Shown: positions 10,844 to 23,578 of the stretch, piece after piece
How the letters are laid out: every line of letters starts with the position of its first letter
Position numbering within the stretch: the stretch's first letter is position 1
NCBI GenBank assembly: GCA_051362555.1
Contig: CM120649.1
Coordinates: forward strand, 12,462,001-12,526,000
From: Lingula anatina
Taxonomy: Eukaryota > Animalia > Brachiopoda
Length of the DNA: 64,000 nucleotides
Direction: 5' to 3'
The notes under the pieces: model-generated
The model's input: the letters and a program-made list of their open reading frames with translations, nothing else
Databases searched by the model: none
What the model was told of the DNA's origin: nothing
Position numbers and translations under genes: made by a program

Positions 10844-13800
10844 ATGAAATTGTTTTTGCTTTTCGCCTCCGTGCTTTTTACGCTTCTCGCGGTAGAACTG
10901 GTGTTTGCCAATATGACTGAGGAGGAACTGGAGGGCAAGCTGGGAAAAATTCCCAAGGAACGCAGACTGAAGTACATGAAAAGAGAAACCCCCGAAGAAA
11001 TCAATAGGAAGATGAAAGAGAGAGGACTGGTAGACATCGACGAGCCGGACGGTTTAGGTAACTTTGAGAGAGTTGATATTTTAAAGAAAGTTGTATTACA
11101 TTTTTTTCTACTCTCATTCTAAGTATGACAAAGTCTGTCACACTGGGGGCAAATTTAAGGTGGCCCTCTGTCCGGTATATTGCAAAAGTTATATCAGTGT
11201 CAATTAAACCGGGGGAGCGAGCGAAGGGAGGTCCGTAAAAAACTTGCCATGAAGCGTGCTCCGTCTGTTCCATGGTTCGCTTCACACTTTTTTCAGTTAA
11301 ATACTGCCGGGTCCATTATTATTTTCAATCTTTTGTGACATCTGTTGAGTTTTAATTTGACATAATTTTGCATTTGAAACAACTACTTAAAATTAATATC
11401 TACATGCATATAAAGTCTCAAATATAATGCGTTACTCGTCAGGAATTTTTTTGTAAGTCGTGCAGTGGTAAGTTTCTCCCTTTTTGTACATTCAGGAAAC
11501 ACCAGGGCCCAGTTTCATAAAAGACGTTTAGCACTAGCCAGTGTATAAGCCTAACCAGTGGATAAATTCTAAATGATGGTTATACATATTAGTTTAAGGG
11601 ATAACAGCTGTTCATTTTGGCCAAAAAATGGATTTCCTGGGGGTAAAGGACAATTTCATAATAATAATAATAATATGTATTTATTTGCAACTTAAAAAGT
11701 TAGATTTTACAATAAAAAACAAATAGTGGTGAGATACACAATTATAAAATGTACTTGTAAGTGTTAAAAGTTGATAAAAACCTCAGTTCTTAAAATTAAT
11801 AAAGCCCATGGGATAAAAGTTTTGGACGATCGGACAGTCCTCAGTTTTGGCACAGTGTACTTATAAACCCGGCGCAAAGTAGAGAAACTTTCATTTATCT
11901 CTGGTAGCAAATGATGGATTTTGCGTCCTTCGGAGTAGATTTTATGCAATAATGTTTTAGATAGTTCATCTCTTCTACAAGCAAGAGTGATAACTTTACA
12001 CGTTTCAAGTGCCCATCATATGGCAGCTCTGGGAATATAATCTTACATGCTCTTATCTGGATGGATAAAATTTTATCAACTTATTGTTGTGTGAGACCTG
12101 GGTGCCACACCTGATATGCATATTCTAATGTAGGTCTGAATACTAATATGTAAAAGCTTGCAAGTTCATTGGTTGGAATACCCGCTCTTTTCAAAAGCTT
12201 AAGATTGTGAAGCCTTTTACTTGTTTTTTTTTTTTTTTGCAAATATCACAGATGTGACCTTCCTACACACACTGGACAAAAGAAGTGTCACCCCTACTGA
12301 GCCAATACTATGGGGGAGATAAATGACTGCGGAATGATATGCTCCTGGTATCATTTTATTAACATCAAATTTCACAAAAAATCACAAAATGAGAACAAAG
12401 TATACACTCTACCAAAATATGCAGTTTCAAGTCCAAAATTAGTACTTAGTGGCATAGCCACGTGACCTAATAATAGGTGCCAGTCTACGAAGCAAGGTTT
12501 CATATAATTGTCTGATGCGTTCAGGGCTAATGCTGGCCCAAGCATGAAACACTGAATATTACAGAGTTTCTCTGCTGGTTAGACGGGCATTTGTAAAAAG
12601 TTTTGACATATCATTCCACACATTTTCTATTATGTTTGCATCCGGACTCTGGGCAGGCCACATCACCCTGCGAATGTCCTGTTGGTCAAACCAATCATCA
12701 ACTGCTCTGGGCCTGTGACAAGGAGCATTGTCATCCTGGTGAACAAATGGATAATTCCTGTCACCAAACATGTTAGTAATAGATGGTAGCAAGCCTGACT
12801 CCAAAACATCGATATATTTCTAGTGATTCATGTTTCCATCAACCACTATCAATTCGCCCAAGCCATGGATGCGGATGCAGCCCCACACCATGACGAATAT
12901 GCTGCTCCGGGTTCGAAAATTAAGTGCATGTGGTTCAAATGCTTTACCAGCAGTTTGCCAGCATAGTACCCGTCTGTCATCAGAGGTTAGGCCAAAGCGA
13001 CACTCATCAGAAAAAAATATATAGGACTAATTGTCATGAACTGTCCAGTTCCAGATCCTGTTGACCCTAGTTTACTCTACGTTGCCTGTTTTGAAACGAT
13101 ATAAGAGGTTTCAATCTTGCTACCCTGCTGTACACTCTCTGAACATGTAACCGACGCCTAGCAATTTTCACAGACACATTCTTATGTGTGAAATTGTTCC
13201 ACTGTGTTGTCAACTGACAAGCAGTGTCGAACTTTGACAACCTGGACATCAAAATCAGTCGTCGGTCTTCACGGCCAGTATTTTTTCTTGGACGACCCAT
13301 CAGAGGCAGTTTGTCTCTTGATCCAGTGTTTCTATACCGAGATCAGGCCCTCTGCACGGTTCTGACTGAACAATTCAATTGTATCGATATTCTGACATTG
13401 CTTATATTCCGCCTCTTCAGGTTAATAACTTGCACCTATAACCGTTATATAATTGCCTGTATCTTGTCATATTGGAGGAAGACAGGAATAACATTTGCTG
13501 TACATGTACAAGACCAACAATACAATTCCATGGTATAGCGGTTTTATACTCATTAGTCACATTATAAGTAGACCAGGCATTATAAGTACCCAAGATCGGC
13601 CTACTTTTATTACTCTGAGTTAGGGGGTGACACTTCTTTTGTCCAGTGTGTGTAGGTCATATCACTACTAATCTTAACCCCTAAGAAGACAAATGCGATA
13701 GGGTTGACACATTTTTTATACTGTAGTATGATATCTTTTTTTTCAGAGATTTATTATCATTATCATGCATTTCTTATGTCGCTGATGATGAATATCATTT

Positions 13801-16800
13801 ATCTGTCAGATTGTTTTTATTAACACCTTGCATTTGTAGTGCCGCTAATAATTCCTACGGATGGAACGGCCGTCCCCAACCAGTACATTGCCCGTCTTCG
13901 GCCTGGTTGTGAATACGAAGAAAGTAAGTGATCCACTTAAAATTGTTAAAAATTTAATTCAGTAGGTTCAGTTTTATCAAGGACTAATAAAAACTGTAAT
14001 ACATATTACATGTATGACCACTCAACATGGCTAAATATTCAGATAAATAGATAAGATAAATATTCAGCTAGGAGCCAAAACTACTAACTCGGTCATTGCA
14101 AAAAGTGCCTGTGTACCTGTTTTACATGACTTTCGAAAAGTGATTTTGAGAGGTTATCATGAAAGCCTCAAAACGATCTTTAAGGAACTGTTAAACCAAA
14201 AAAGATGACAAATTACTTAATGTATTTCTTTCAAAGCAAAGTACATGTAAGAATGACATACATGCACATTTTCTAAATGTACAAGGAATTGTAATTCGCA
14301 TCGCATGCAGGTGTACCCGCTATCTGATGCAAACTGTACTAATGAGTCTTATATAGTTTTATACATAAACACCGACAGTCAGGTAAAATGTATTTTGTTT
14401 TAAAAGCAATATATTCTAAGTACCCATTTTACAGTTACAATTTACAATTATGCACCCCTTACAGTTAGTCGCATTCTGGAAGGAAGAGGTTACCAAAAAA
14501 GGCTGGATTTCAATCAGAAAGCTAACTACGTCATTCTAAAGGAAATAAATGATAGGTATTTCATTCTTTAACTCGTGTCTCATCCATGAAGATTTCTGGT
14601 TCAGCCTTTAGCGATGGATAACTGTGATATAATTTTCATTATTTGAAATTCGATTTTATCTTAGATTTCGAACAATTTTGAAGATATTTATCTTTTTATC
14701 CAATATCATTGTTCAGATATCATAGTTCAAGTTTATTTCAAAGATATGTTTTGGGGAGAAAATCTACACAAATTTTTAATTTTCGCTAGTGACCTCCAAA
14801 ATCTTCGCAAGCGGACTGACCTTTTTGTGGAAATTGAGCAAGATAGAAAAATTTCGGTGTCTTTGCAGCATTGTTCGAGTTCTTTCCCGGCCGACTCTAC
14901 ATGGGTAAATATCAATGTGTGTGTGTGCATGTGTATGTTACAGTTTATATGCGTGTGAGCTTCCTATGTGTTAAAGATTTTTTGTCTCAGTACGCTTCCA
15001 TGTGCAGCCTTTCTCTCTTTCCTCTCATTCTCTCTTTCCTGAGTGCAAATCTCATTTTATACGGGTATAGAGGCGTGTCTAATTAATCAAATATGTTAGC
15101 ATAAAGGCTGCAGACCTCTGCCAAGGAGGAAGATAATTTATTTTTATTTCTTAGTTTCAACAGACAAAGAAAAAATCCATAGCTGTCTTATATAGAATGT
15201 AGATAAGGAGGATGATTTTATTTGAATCCAAATAAAATGGAATCAAATTAAAAAAATTCTGACGACCGGGCATATATACTACGGCGTATCTCCGCGAAAC
15301 CCAGAGTAGAGGAAATGTGTTTTTGATTAATTTTTTTATATCTGTAAAAAGTTCTTATCAGTTTAGCACTCGAAAAACCCATAAAACAAGCAATATATTT
15401 TATTAATATTTCCCCCAGCTTAGTTTGTATATTGCACATGATCAAAACAACAGTTGTCTATGTGTATTTGGCTACAATAAACTTTTTTCTCATTGAAGTG
15501 GATGGCAGTAACAACAAACAAACAAACAGATAAACAAACTTCTTCGTTGACGGATGTAAAATCGGGGGGGATCCAGGGGATCCAGATTTATTTAAAGAGG
15601 GGGGGGGGTCCGCAGATGCGAAGCCGACCCTACCTCTTCCCCCTTGGTGTGGGGTTTGGGTCCCGAAAATTTTTGGTATTTTAGAGGGCGAACGGTGCTG
15701 CTTGTTCGGTTTAGAACTATGATTCAGCTGGTCAAAATTCTAATTTCAAGAGAGGTCCATTGGTGTTATTTTTTTCAAAATCGAAGGAGGGTCAGGACCC
15801 CCCCGACACACTCTTAAATCCGCCACTGTAAAATGTCTTTCCATCATGTTTTCTTTTATCCAGAATTTGGACAGAGTATACCCAAATAAGGATAATTTTT
15901 TCTCCACCTGGGCACTCGGTCTAGATATAGACGCATATGTCATTGACACTGGAATTAATCCTAACCACGATGACTTTGGAGGAAGAGTGCAAGTGTCAAA
16001 AGGTAAATTATATTAAAATGAAATTACATGAGAGAGAGAGTGTGAGAGGGACGGCGTGAGAGAGAGGTGAGTGAGCACAAGAAAAAAAAAAAAAAACAAA
16101 AAAACAGAAGGTTAGTAATTCTCATCAAAGTTTTGTGTGTTGTTATTTCAGGTTGGCACGCACGTGGTTTTTCCAGTCCTGCAGACGACCAGGGTCATGG
16201 TACCCATGTAGCCAGTACCTTAGGTGGCGCCACCTATGGAGTAGCCAAGGAGGTGAACCTCATCCCCGTCAAGGTATGCGATGAGAATGGGTATTGTCTT
16301 ACTTCCGATGTGGAGGAGGGGCTATACTGGATAGAGACACAAGTTAAAAAAAACAACCGTCTATCAGTAATAAATATGTCAGTCGGTGGTCCGAAAAGCG
16401 CGTCCCTCAACGACGCCGTGAACGCGGTATTGGATGTAGGCATCCCAGTGGCAATCAGCGCTGGGAATCACAACCCGTCAGATCCGAACGATGAGACTGA
16501 TTCGTGTAATGCATCCCCGGCAAGCGTAGAAGGGGCCCTCACAGTTGGCGCCACAGACGAAGATGATTTCTTGGCGGATTTCAGTTTCTTCGGAAAGTGC
16601 GTCGATATCTACGCTCCAGGGTCGAAAATCATGGCCGCCGACTTCCTAGACATTCACGGTTCGACAAAGAAAAGCGGAACGTCGATGGCCGCACCCCTCG
16701 TCGCAGGTGCGATTGCGGGCATGCTGCAGGTGTTTCGCGATGCTGGGTACTTCACGGCACCGTCGCAAGACGTTGTGGACAACATAAACCATTACATCAT

Positions 16801-16891
16801 CGAGTTCGCGGAGAGGGGTACCGTGCATGGACTCCGGGCGTTGAACAACAACAACGTTATGCTTCAGACCCCCTGTCTGTATACTGTGTAA
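10844..16891 (+). CDS. Secreted S8A subtilisin-like serine protease (proteinase K/aqualysin-like), copy 1, 460 aa
   Basis: Exons 10844-11057, 13840-13923, 14465-14555, 14790-14904, 15864-16002, 16152-16891 are all GT-AG and in frame (1383 nt). Hydrophobic signal peptide; I9-like prodomain (VPNQYIARL...EIEQDRKIS); triad motifs YVIDTG, GHGTHVA, SGTSMA; oxyanion SAGN. Confidence 0.93.
11658..13730 (-). mobile_element. Decayed LINE 3' fragment, split by the Tc1 insertion
   Basis: The minus strand reads FVFLGVKISSDMT*EGHI...RLHNLKLLKRAGIP...FRPTLEYAYQVWHPGL...IQIRACKII, typical of sequence C-terminal to a non-LTR RT. An (ATT)n tail lies at about 11658-11673. Confidence 0.7.
12266..13652 (-). mobile_element. 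Tc1-family transposon, full length, transposase disrupted
   Basis: TIRs CACACACTGGACAAAAGAAGTGTCACCCC with TA TSD. Transposase pieces GRPRK..REDRRL (HTH), FSDECRF, QDDNAPCH, WPAQSPDANIIENVW (DD34E type), with stops and frameshifts. Confidence 0.92.
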
Positions 16892-18190
16892 TGTCTTCTG
16901 GAAATACATCCTTGCCTAAAATAATGGAATATTCCGACAAGATATAACATCTGCGTTTTAAATATGTTTAGGTTCAGTCGTAAGTGGTTCGTTGTAATTG
17001 CATTTTCTACCTTAAATTTATGCTTGAGATTGTTTTATCTCTTTGGTTTTGTTCTAGCGATCAGTGATAAATTTGATAAATTATCGGTAATCAAAAGGAA
17101 AGAGCAAATGATGAAGGAAGCATAGATTGGAGAGGAAGACCAGAATAATCCAAAGATAAAGAATTTCATCTCAGAGTTAGTATTTCGTGAAGTACACATA
17201 AAACAGGATGACGTAATATATTCTTCTAGGTCAGCGGTCAAAGTTGAGGAAGGTTTTGTGTTAATTTTCACAGAGTGCTTTGAAAGAAAAATTATGTCCC
17301 TAGTTTCCGAAATATTCCATGATTTTAGCAAAAGTGTGCGCGCGTTGCTTTGAATTTTCAGCAATTTCCTAAGGAACTATGCTAGCGGAATCGTGGGTGG
17401 AAACAATTTCCCCTACATTGACTCTTTTAGACGGACCCTTAGGCTCATCAAACATGAACTTTATTAATTTTTAGAATCAGGATAAGGTTTAAAATGAGAT
17501 AAGAAATATACTTTTCAGCTTTTGAATATACCGTAAGTGGACTGTTGTATTTGAAATTAAGATATTCCACGGTGGCATAAAAAGATACAGTGCATTTCGG
17601 ACGCTCTGCAATGCTTAGGATGCAGGTGTATTTAAATCTTGATATCAAGTATTTAAAAGAAACGGACTGATACGTTAGTATGAATGATTTAAAAGATTTT
17701 GCACGTGATCTGTCATACCCGAATTTTCACATTTTTTGGGCACATACCTTCACATGGGCAACCATACGACAGTAATGCTACTTTTAAGCAATTTCTACCC
17801 GTGGAATCAAATATGAGTTTTATATTGCATGCGAGATATCCTCTTTTTGTCTTGTAACTCAACTGCTAATAAATTCAATCATGAACGCAAAGATTTGTAT
17901 GTTTATATTATTCTATATGGGCACTTAATAAGTATGTTTTACAATTGAAAATACGTTATGTTTCCAGTGCATTTCATTTCGTAAATCGTCACAAAATATC
18001 GACATTCATGATTACACAAAGATACAGTTAATGAAAAAGATGACATTAATTTCAAGCACACGGCCATGAGAAATCCTATATTTATTGGTATTTCAGGCAC
18101 CTTTATTTGAATGGTTGTCGGCACATTAATCGACATCTCAGCGCGGATAGAAGTTCGAGACGAGGCGATGAACCTATGCAAAAAGTCTAT

Positions 18191-18415
18191 GACCCCATTC
18201 CCATAGAATTTAGATAGATCTATCCCTGTGGGGAGTCTTACTAGATTACTGTCAGCTTAGCCGGCTTAAGCGTCTGTCCCGCCTACTGAAAGCTGTAAGG
18301 GGGTAATTAACTATGGTGCGCGCTCGGCTGACTGCAATTTAGCGTGAACCCCTAGGGAGTTAGGTCGATCTAAATCTTAATCCCTGGATCGATCTAAATC
18401 TCTGGAAATACACCC
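18191..18415. mobile_element. PIF/Harbinger-type MITE, copy B
   Basis: Homologous to 7894-8110; TAT TSD. Confidence 0.75.
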
Positions 18416-18454
18416 TATAAGTGAAAGGAAAATGTGTAAATAGAAATGTAGTAG

Positions 18455-18720
18455 AGGCATGCATCTTGACCCGCCGTAGCGGGGAGAATAATATAAATAA
18501 ATAAACAAATGTGCAGTAAAAGCAAGCCCATCAACCTATCTTAGCGGGGATAAAAAACTAAATGTGCAATAAAAGCATGCCCACCAACCCGTCATTGCGG
18601 GGATAATGAAATATGAATAAATTTGCAGTAAAAATATGCCAGTTGACCCGTCGTAGCAAGGAGAATAAACATATAAATCTAATTTTATAAGCAAATAAAC
18701 ATGTCAGAAAAGCATGTCTT
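18455..18720. repeat. Degenerate tandem repeat of about 60 bp
   Basis: Recurring catgccc..aacccgtcgtagcgggga + A-rich linker; a longer paralogous array lies at about 46190-46745. Confidence 0.65.
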
Positions 18721-18900
18721 ATGACCTAAAAAGGTCTGAAAACCTATGAATCCGAACAAAGTCGTTACTGTGAGGCATCCGTAAAACTAAAAACTATGTG
18801 GGCGGAGAACGTAGGGTGTTGTAACGGAGGACCTCTGGGCTCACAAAGCGGGCAAAAAATTATGTGAAAAAAAGCCATTAGTAAAATGAAACTACAATTT

Positions 18901-18933
<33 letters not shown>

Positions 18934-20059
18934 CTTGCTGGTCCTGAAAACATCCATACTGTAAATAAGGAACAAAGGCTTTGGTGCAGAAAATCTGTAA
19001 TTTGAAATGAAATAAATGCATGCCCTATTACCATTAAATCATGTGAGCCCAAAGCTTCCTGATTGTCTAATCAAATAAATTTTATTTTCCATTTAAACTC
19101 TATCCAAAATGATTTTAAAAACGAATGATAGCTTAGTTTAACTATGCTGCATATAGATCTACAGTGACAGCACGAAGTGTTGCTGCATCGCCCGGTAGGA
19201 GACATAGATTGATTAGGACTCTGGAGTTATATAATAAAAGTGACCCTTTTCGGCCAAATCTCGAAGAACCAATATCCTTTGTTGAATTCTTTCTTGGTGG
19301 GAATGTGAATTGTGTGGTTTGTGGTAAGCTGGGATGGAGGGGACATAAAGGCACATTTAGCACTTTGTTACGTGTTCTTTGATCTTGTAGGGCCTAAATT
19401 GTGGTAGTTGTGACTATCTGATGATTTCTTGACTTTGTGTTCGTGGTGAAAACATGCCATATTGAGAGAACCAGTTTTCAAAATATGATTGTATAAGTTG
19501 TACAAAAGTTTTTTTTACCCCATTTACCTTTAGAATTTTGTGTGGTTATGTTCAATATAAACAGAAAAATGTAGCAACAAGAACTTGAATCACATCACCG
19601 CTATATCAATTGTCACATGCATCCAGCATGAGCTCCAGACAAAGAAAAATACACTAAAAGTAAATTAATTTACAGTAATCAAAGTGTACTTTTTCTGTTG
19701 CCGTGACCGTACCGTTGAAAAACTAGAATACTTTCTTGGAGTGGATATATTGTATTTCGCTGCAGAAAAACTATTCAAAACTAGAAAAAACTGATATAAA
19801 CTGATGTGAACTAAAACTGAATTTAACTGTTTTAAACACAAAACAATATGCTCCGAGGAGACCCGTGTCGCTGGAACTGTTAGGGCGGGAGCTCAGTTTT
19901 ATACCTGTACCTCATGTGACACATGAACACATCTCACTACAATACTCTGATCTACTCTCACTTGTAATAAGTACAGAACGTGTTGCAGTTACATTTTCTA
20001 CATCTGGAGCACTATATATATATATGTATGTTTGTATAAGAGCACTGCAAATTTATTTT

Positions 20060-20340
20060 AGGGGCGAAACGTTCCACCCCGGATACAAAGATCTACAGTA
20101 CATTGAACTAAGAGGACGCATTTTGATGTTTGTAACAAAGCTGATAATTGTTAAATATCGGCTTGATATGATTAGGAAGAATAGCAACTGTATTTTACAT
20201 TAATGTCTTAAACATATTTATCAAGTTATTATCCTGTAGAATTTGGATAGCAAAGGTTCACGATATATTTACAGAAGCCGGTCTTAGTGAACTGAGACTT
20301 AAATCTACCAAGTTACGTTTAAAAGAACATAAGAACATTA
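20060..20340 (+). mobile_element. Decayed LINE C-terminal fragment
   Basis: YIELRGRILMFVTKLIIVKY...NCIL...WIAKVHDIFTEAGL resembles the post-RT region of non-LTR elements. Paralogous piece at about 48080-48230; similar family at about 30150-30880. Confidence 0.45.
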
Positions 20341-22993
20341 TCTATTGAGTTATATTTAAGCAGAATTTACTGGATACAAAACAGCAAGCTATATGTTCTA
20401 TCTTTTATAAATAATTCAAGAAAATTGTGGTTATACAAAGATCTCGTTGACCACATTTCCATGCAAACTTACCTCATAGAAGCAATAGCACTGCATTACA
20501 AGAGACTGATATGATCAGCCAATTAAACTTTCCTCTCATATGGTTGCCATAGGAACTGGTTGCCATCGAAACATCACGTAACCACATATGAATGCTCACA
20601 TTGTGTCGTAGCTGAAGACGAATTTTTTCATTTCATTTTGAAATGCCCTAAATATAGTATTCTCATGAAATGTTCATAAAACCATATTTTTTCAGCAGCC
20701 CCTTCTGCTGATTTCTTTCAGTAACAAAGTATTGTGTAACTTTGCATGCTTTATTTTTATCTTATTCTGAGCTTCAGAGATAACTTGAAACAAGCCTCTA
20801 CACTACCCTAGCTCAGGATAGGTATTTTCGACTGCTGGACGTATTTGTCAGAAGAGCTTGGCTTGAGAACGAAGGGCCTTATAGCTCTGGTTATTTTGAT
20901 TTTTATATGTATCTTTAAATATATGCATATTGCCCTTATATATATTTCTGTAGAATCTTTGATAGACCTTGTACTGTGCATCCCACGGCGTCAACTGCAC
21001 ACGTACAGGGGTGAGCCGCCATCTTTAACCGCGCATATAATGCCGTGTATGAAGCTGCATGCGACATCAGTTCCTTTCCCTCCTTAAACCATACATAGGA
21101 GCCCGTGATGGTATAGGATACACTGGGAAGAATACTGTGGTTTCGATCAGTTTTGGGGTATGCAGTGCTAAATGTAATTGGCCGGGAATTCTCAGCTTGG
21201 TTTACATAAAATCCATTTTTAATACGGGGAATATCATTCCCTCTGCAAAAGTGGTAAGAACAAAACCATTCCGAAGAATTGCAATTAGAACACGAGCGAA
21301 ATAATGTAGGCCTACTTTATTCTTACCAAAGTAACATGTTCGGCAGTGATGCCATCGATTGCCTGCGAACGTTTAATTAAAAGGTGATCCTTGCACATTC
21401 AATCTTTTGTTGTATGCCTTTGGCCCATGCCGTTTGTCCAAGTTGTGTGGTGGTTATCTGGTCAAATTAAGAGCTGGGTAACGTTGGATATGCGACCGAG
21501 CAGCCGATGATATACTGCAAGAGCTTTTTTCTGGCCACAAGAGTGCATTATCCGTCATAATCATTCATAATAAGCGGCAAATTCATTTGCAAATAATGTT
21601 GATTTCATCTTAATAGTAGGGTCTTTTCCACATTTTGGGTTTTTTACTGGCTAAAGTCAGACAATTAATACGCGATTAAATTCTATTTGGGAGTAAGAGC
21701 GGCAAAACTTCCTGAACAGACGTTTTGATTTTTTCAGTGGAACATAAATCACGCCATTCCGGGGGTTAGAAGTAAATGTAAGGGAGCGTTCAGATATGGG
21801 GGGCGACTACTGGGCGTTCAGAAATACCACCAGAATTGTATTGTTTTTCCGTGGTGGGTTGAGATGTGAGATATAGTTCTTGGGGTGAATCAGTGTGCAC
21901 TGAACACTCAGCCTCATAGCCACTTAATGACAAATGTTTTTTAAGCTGGTCAGTACAAAGTTTATCTCATCACTTTTTCTAGCAAGATGTAAGAAGTGAA
22001 TGCTGGTAGAGGTAGCTTTTCAATGTTCTATTTCATCTACTGGCGGTATATTGCACTATTTATAGCACTGCCTCATTTAATTGAATTTGAGATTGTGTTG
22101 TTCAATCACATTTGACGTGGAGGTAGAAGATCCGCTAATCTTCATATCAATAGACAATCGAAGGGGTGAGTGTGAGCTTGTTGGATTTTATTTTGATATC
22201 AAAATCGTTTTTCTGGCTACAGAAGTGTTAAACAAGAAGTGCAGCTATAACATAAAGGCGGCTAAATGAGATCTACACACAGGCTTGGTACCATAGCACA
22301 AACTGTAGAAATGGTCAATTGATGATGTATTGCCACTTTAAAACTGAGTTTCTAATCAGATACCTTAAAGAGTAGAAGTAAATGTAAGGGAGGGTTCAGA
22401 TATGAAGATAATGTAAGAGAGCGTTCAGATATACTCATAGCTCTAGCTGGATCAATCCAACTCTGCGGGGATTCTTGCTTAGGTGAAGTCAGCTGCTTAA
22501 TTGTCTGGCGCGCCTCTTCCACCAGCAAGAGGTACTAACGTACGTGCTCGGTTCTCGGAAGCTCTTTCACTCGAGGAGACGTGTAAGCTGGTTACACTTT
22601 CCCTTGCAAAGTTGAATCGATCCCACTAGTACGATGGGTTTATCTGAACTCGGTATTTTGACTCAGTTTCGAACAAACTCACATAACCTTAGGATTGAAA
22701 CTGATGGGCGCAATAAACTTATATCTACCACCCGAAGCTGATGACAGATTATCACATGCACGTTGTGTGATCTTACAGGAACATTCTCACCCCCTATCCT
22801 GGTAACTATGGATCGATCTATCTGCAAGGGGTTTCTCGATTAATTGCTATCAGCTTAAGCGGCTTAGATGTTTGGTACGCCAAGCGAAGCTGCTAAACGA
22901 TAGTTAATTACCCCCTAACAGTTTAGTAGACGAGAACAAGAAGTTATAAAGAGAAGGCCTTCTCTTGGCGAGAAAGACATGTAAGCCGCTTAA

Positions 22994-23578
22994 TGCCCCT
23001 ATTTCACACAGACCACGAACCCCACGTATCGCCAGGAATTGACAAATTTCAGGATTCGTGAGGATTCGTGAGATCTTGCCAATTTTCTGGTCTAATTCGA
23101 CACGCTCTACGATTCAGTTACGATACAGGTGCGATAGTGTTACGAATATTCGTGGGATTCGGCTGGAATCGCACGAATATTGTCCAGAAATACACTACGG
23201 TTTTTTGGAATCGGGAGTTCGTGGCCAAAATTTTGAACAGCTCAATATTTTTGCCACGAATTCCCGATTGATCAAGAATTGCAAGAACTGACTACGATTA
23301 TATACGAATCTGTTAAGAACTTCACGAACTGATTACGATTCAACCACGAATCTTGAAATTTTTAATTCCTGGCGATTCGTGGGATTCGTGGTCTGTGTGA
23401 AATAAGGGCATCAGGTTTTTGCCACTAATTCCTGTAGGTCAAGAAGTGCAAGATCTGTCTACGAATATATACGAGTCTGTTAAGAACTTCACGAACTGAT
23501 TACGATTCAACCACGAATCCTGAAATTTGTCAATTCATGGCCATTCGTGGGATTCGTGGTCTGTGTGAAATAGGGGCA
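22994..23578. mobile_element. PIF/Harbinger-type MITE with duplicated right end
   Basis: TIRs TGCCCCTATTTCACACAGACCACGAA / TTCGTGGTCTGTGTGAAATAGGGGCA with TAA TSD. The right end occurs twice (about 23300-23411 and 23460-23578). Empty site in the paralog at about 8655. Confidence 0.85.

Noticed and set aside
16067-16151. N-termini of ORFs 16067, 44105 and 59215 as true starts (intronless bacterial-type genes or contamination)
   Set aside because: These are intron sequence upstream of tttcag acceptors. The catalytic Asp lies in the previous exon, and six-exon structures with eukaryotic TEs argue against contamination.
16234-16947. Overlapping and antisense ORFs over the protease exons (also 44212-44989, 59379-59909)
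   Set aside because: Shadow frames of GC-richer coding sequence with no independent motifs.
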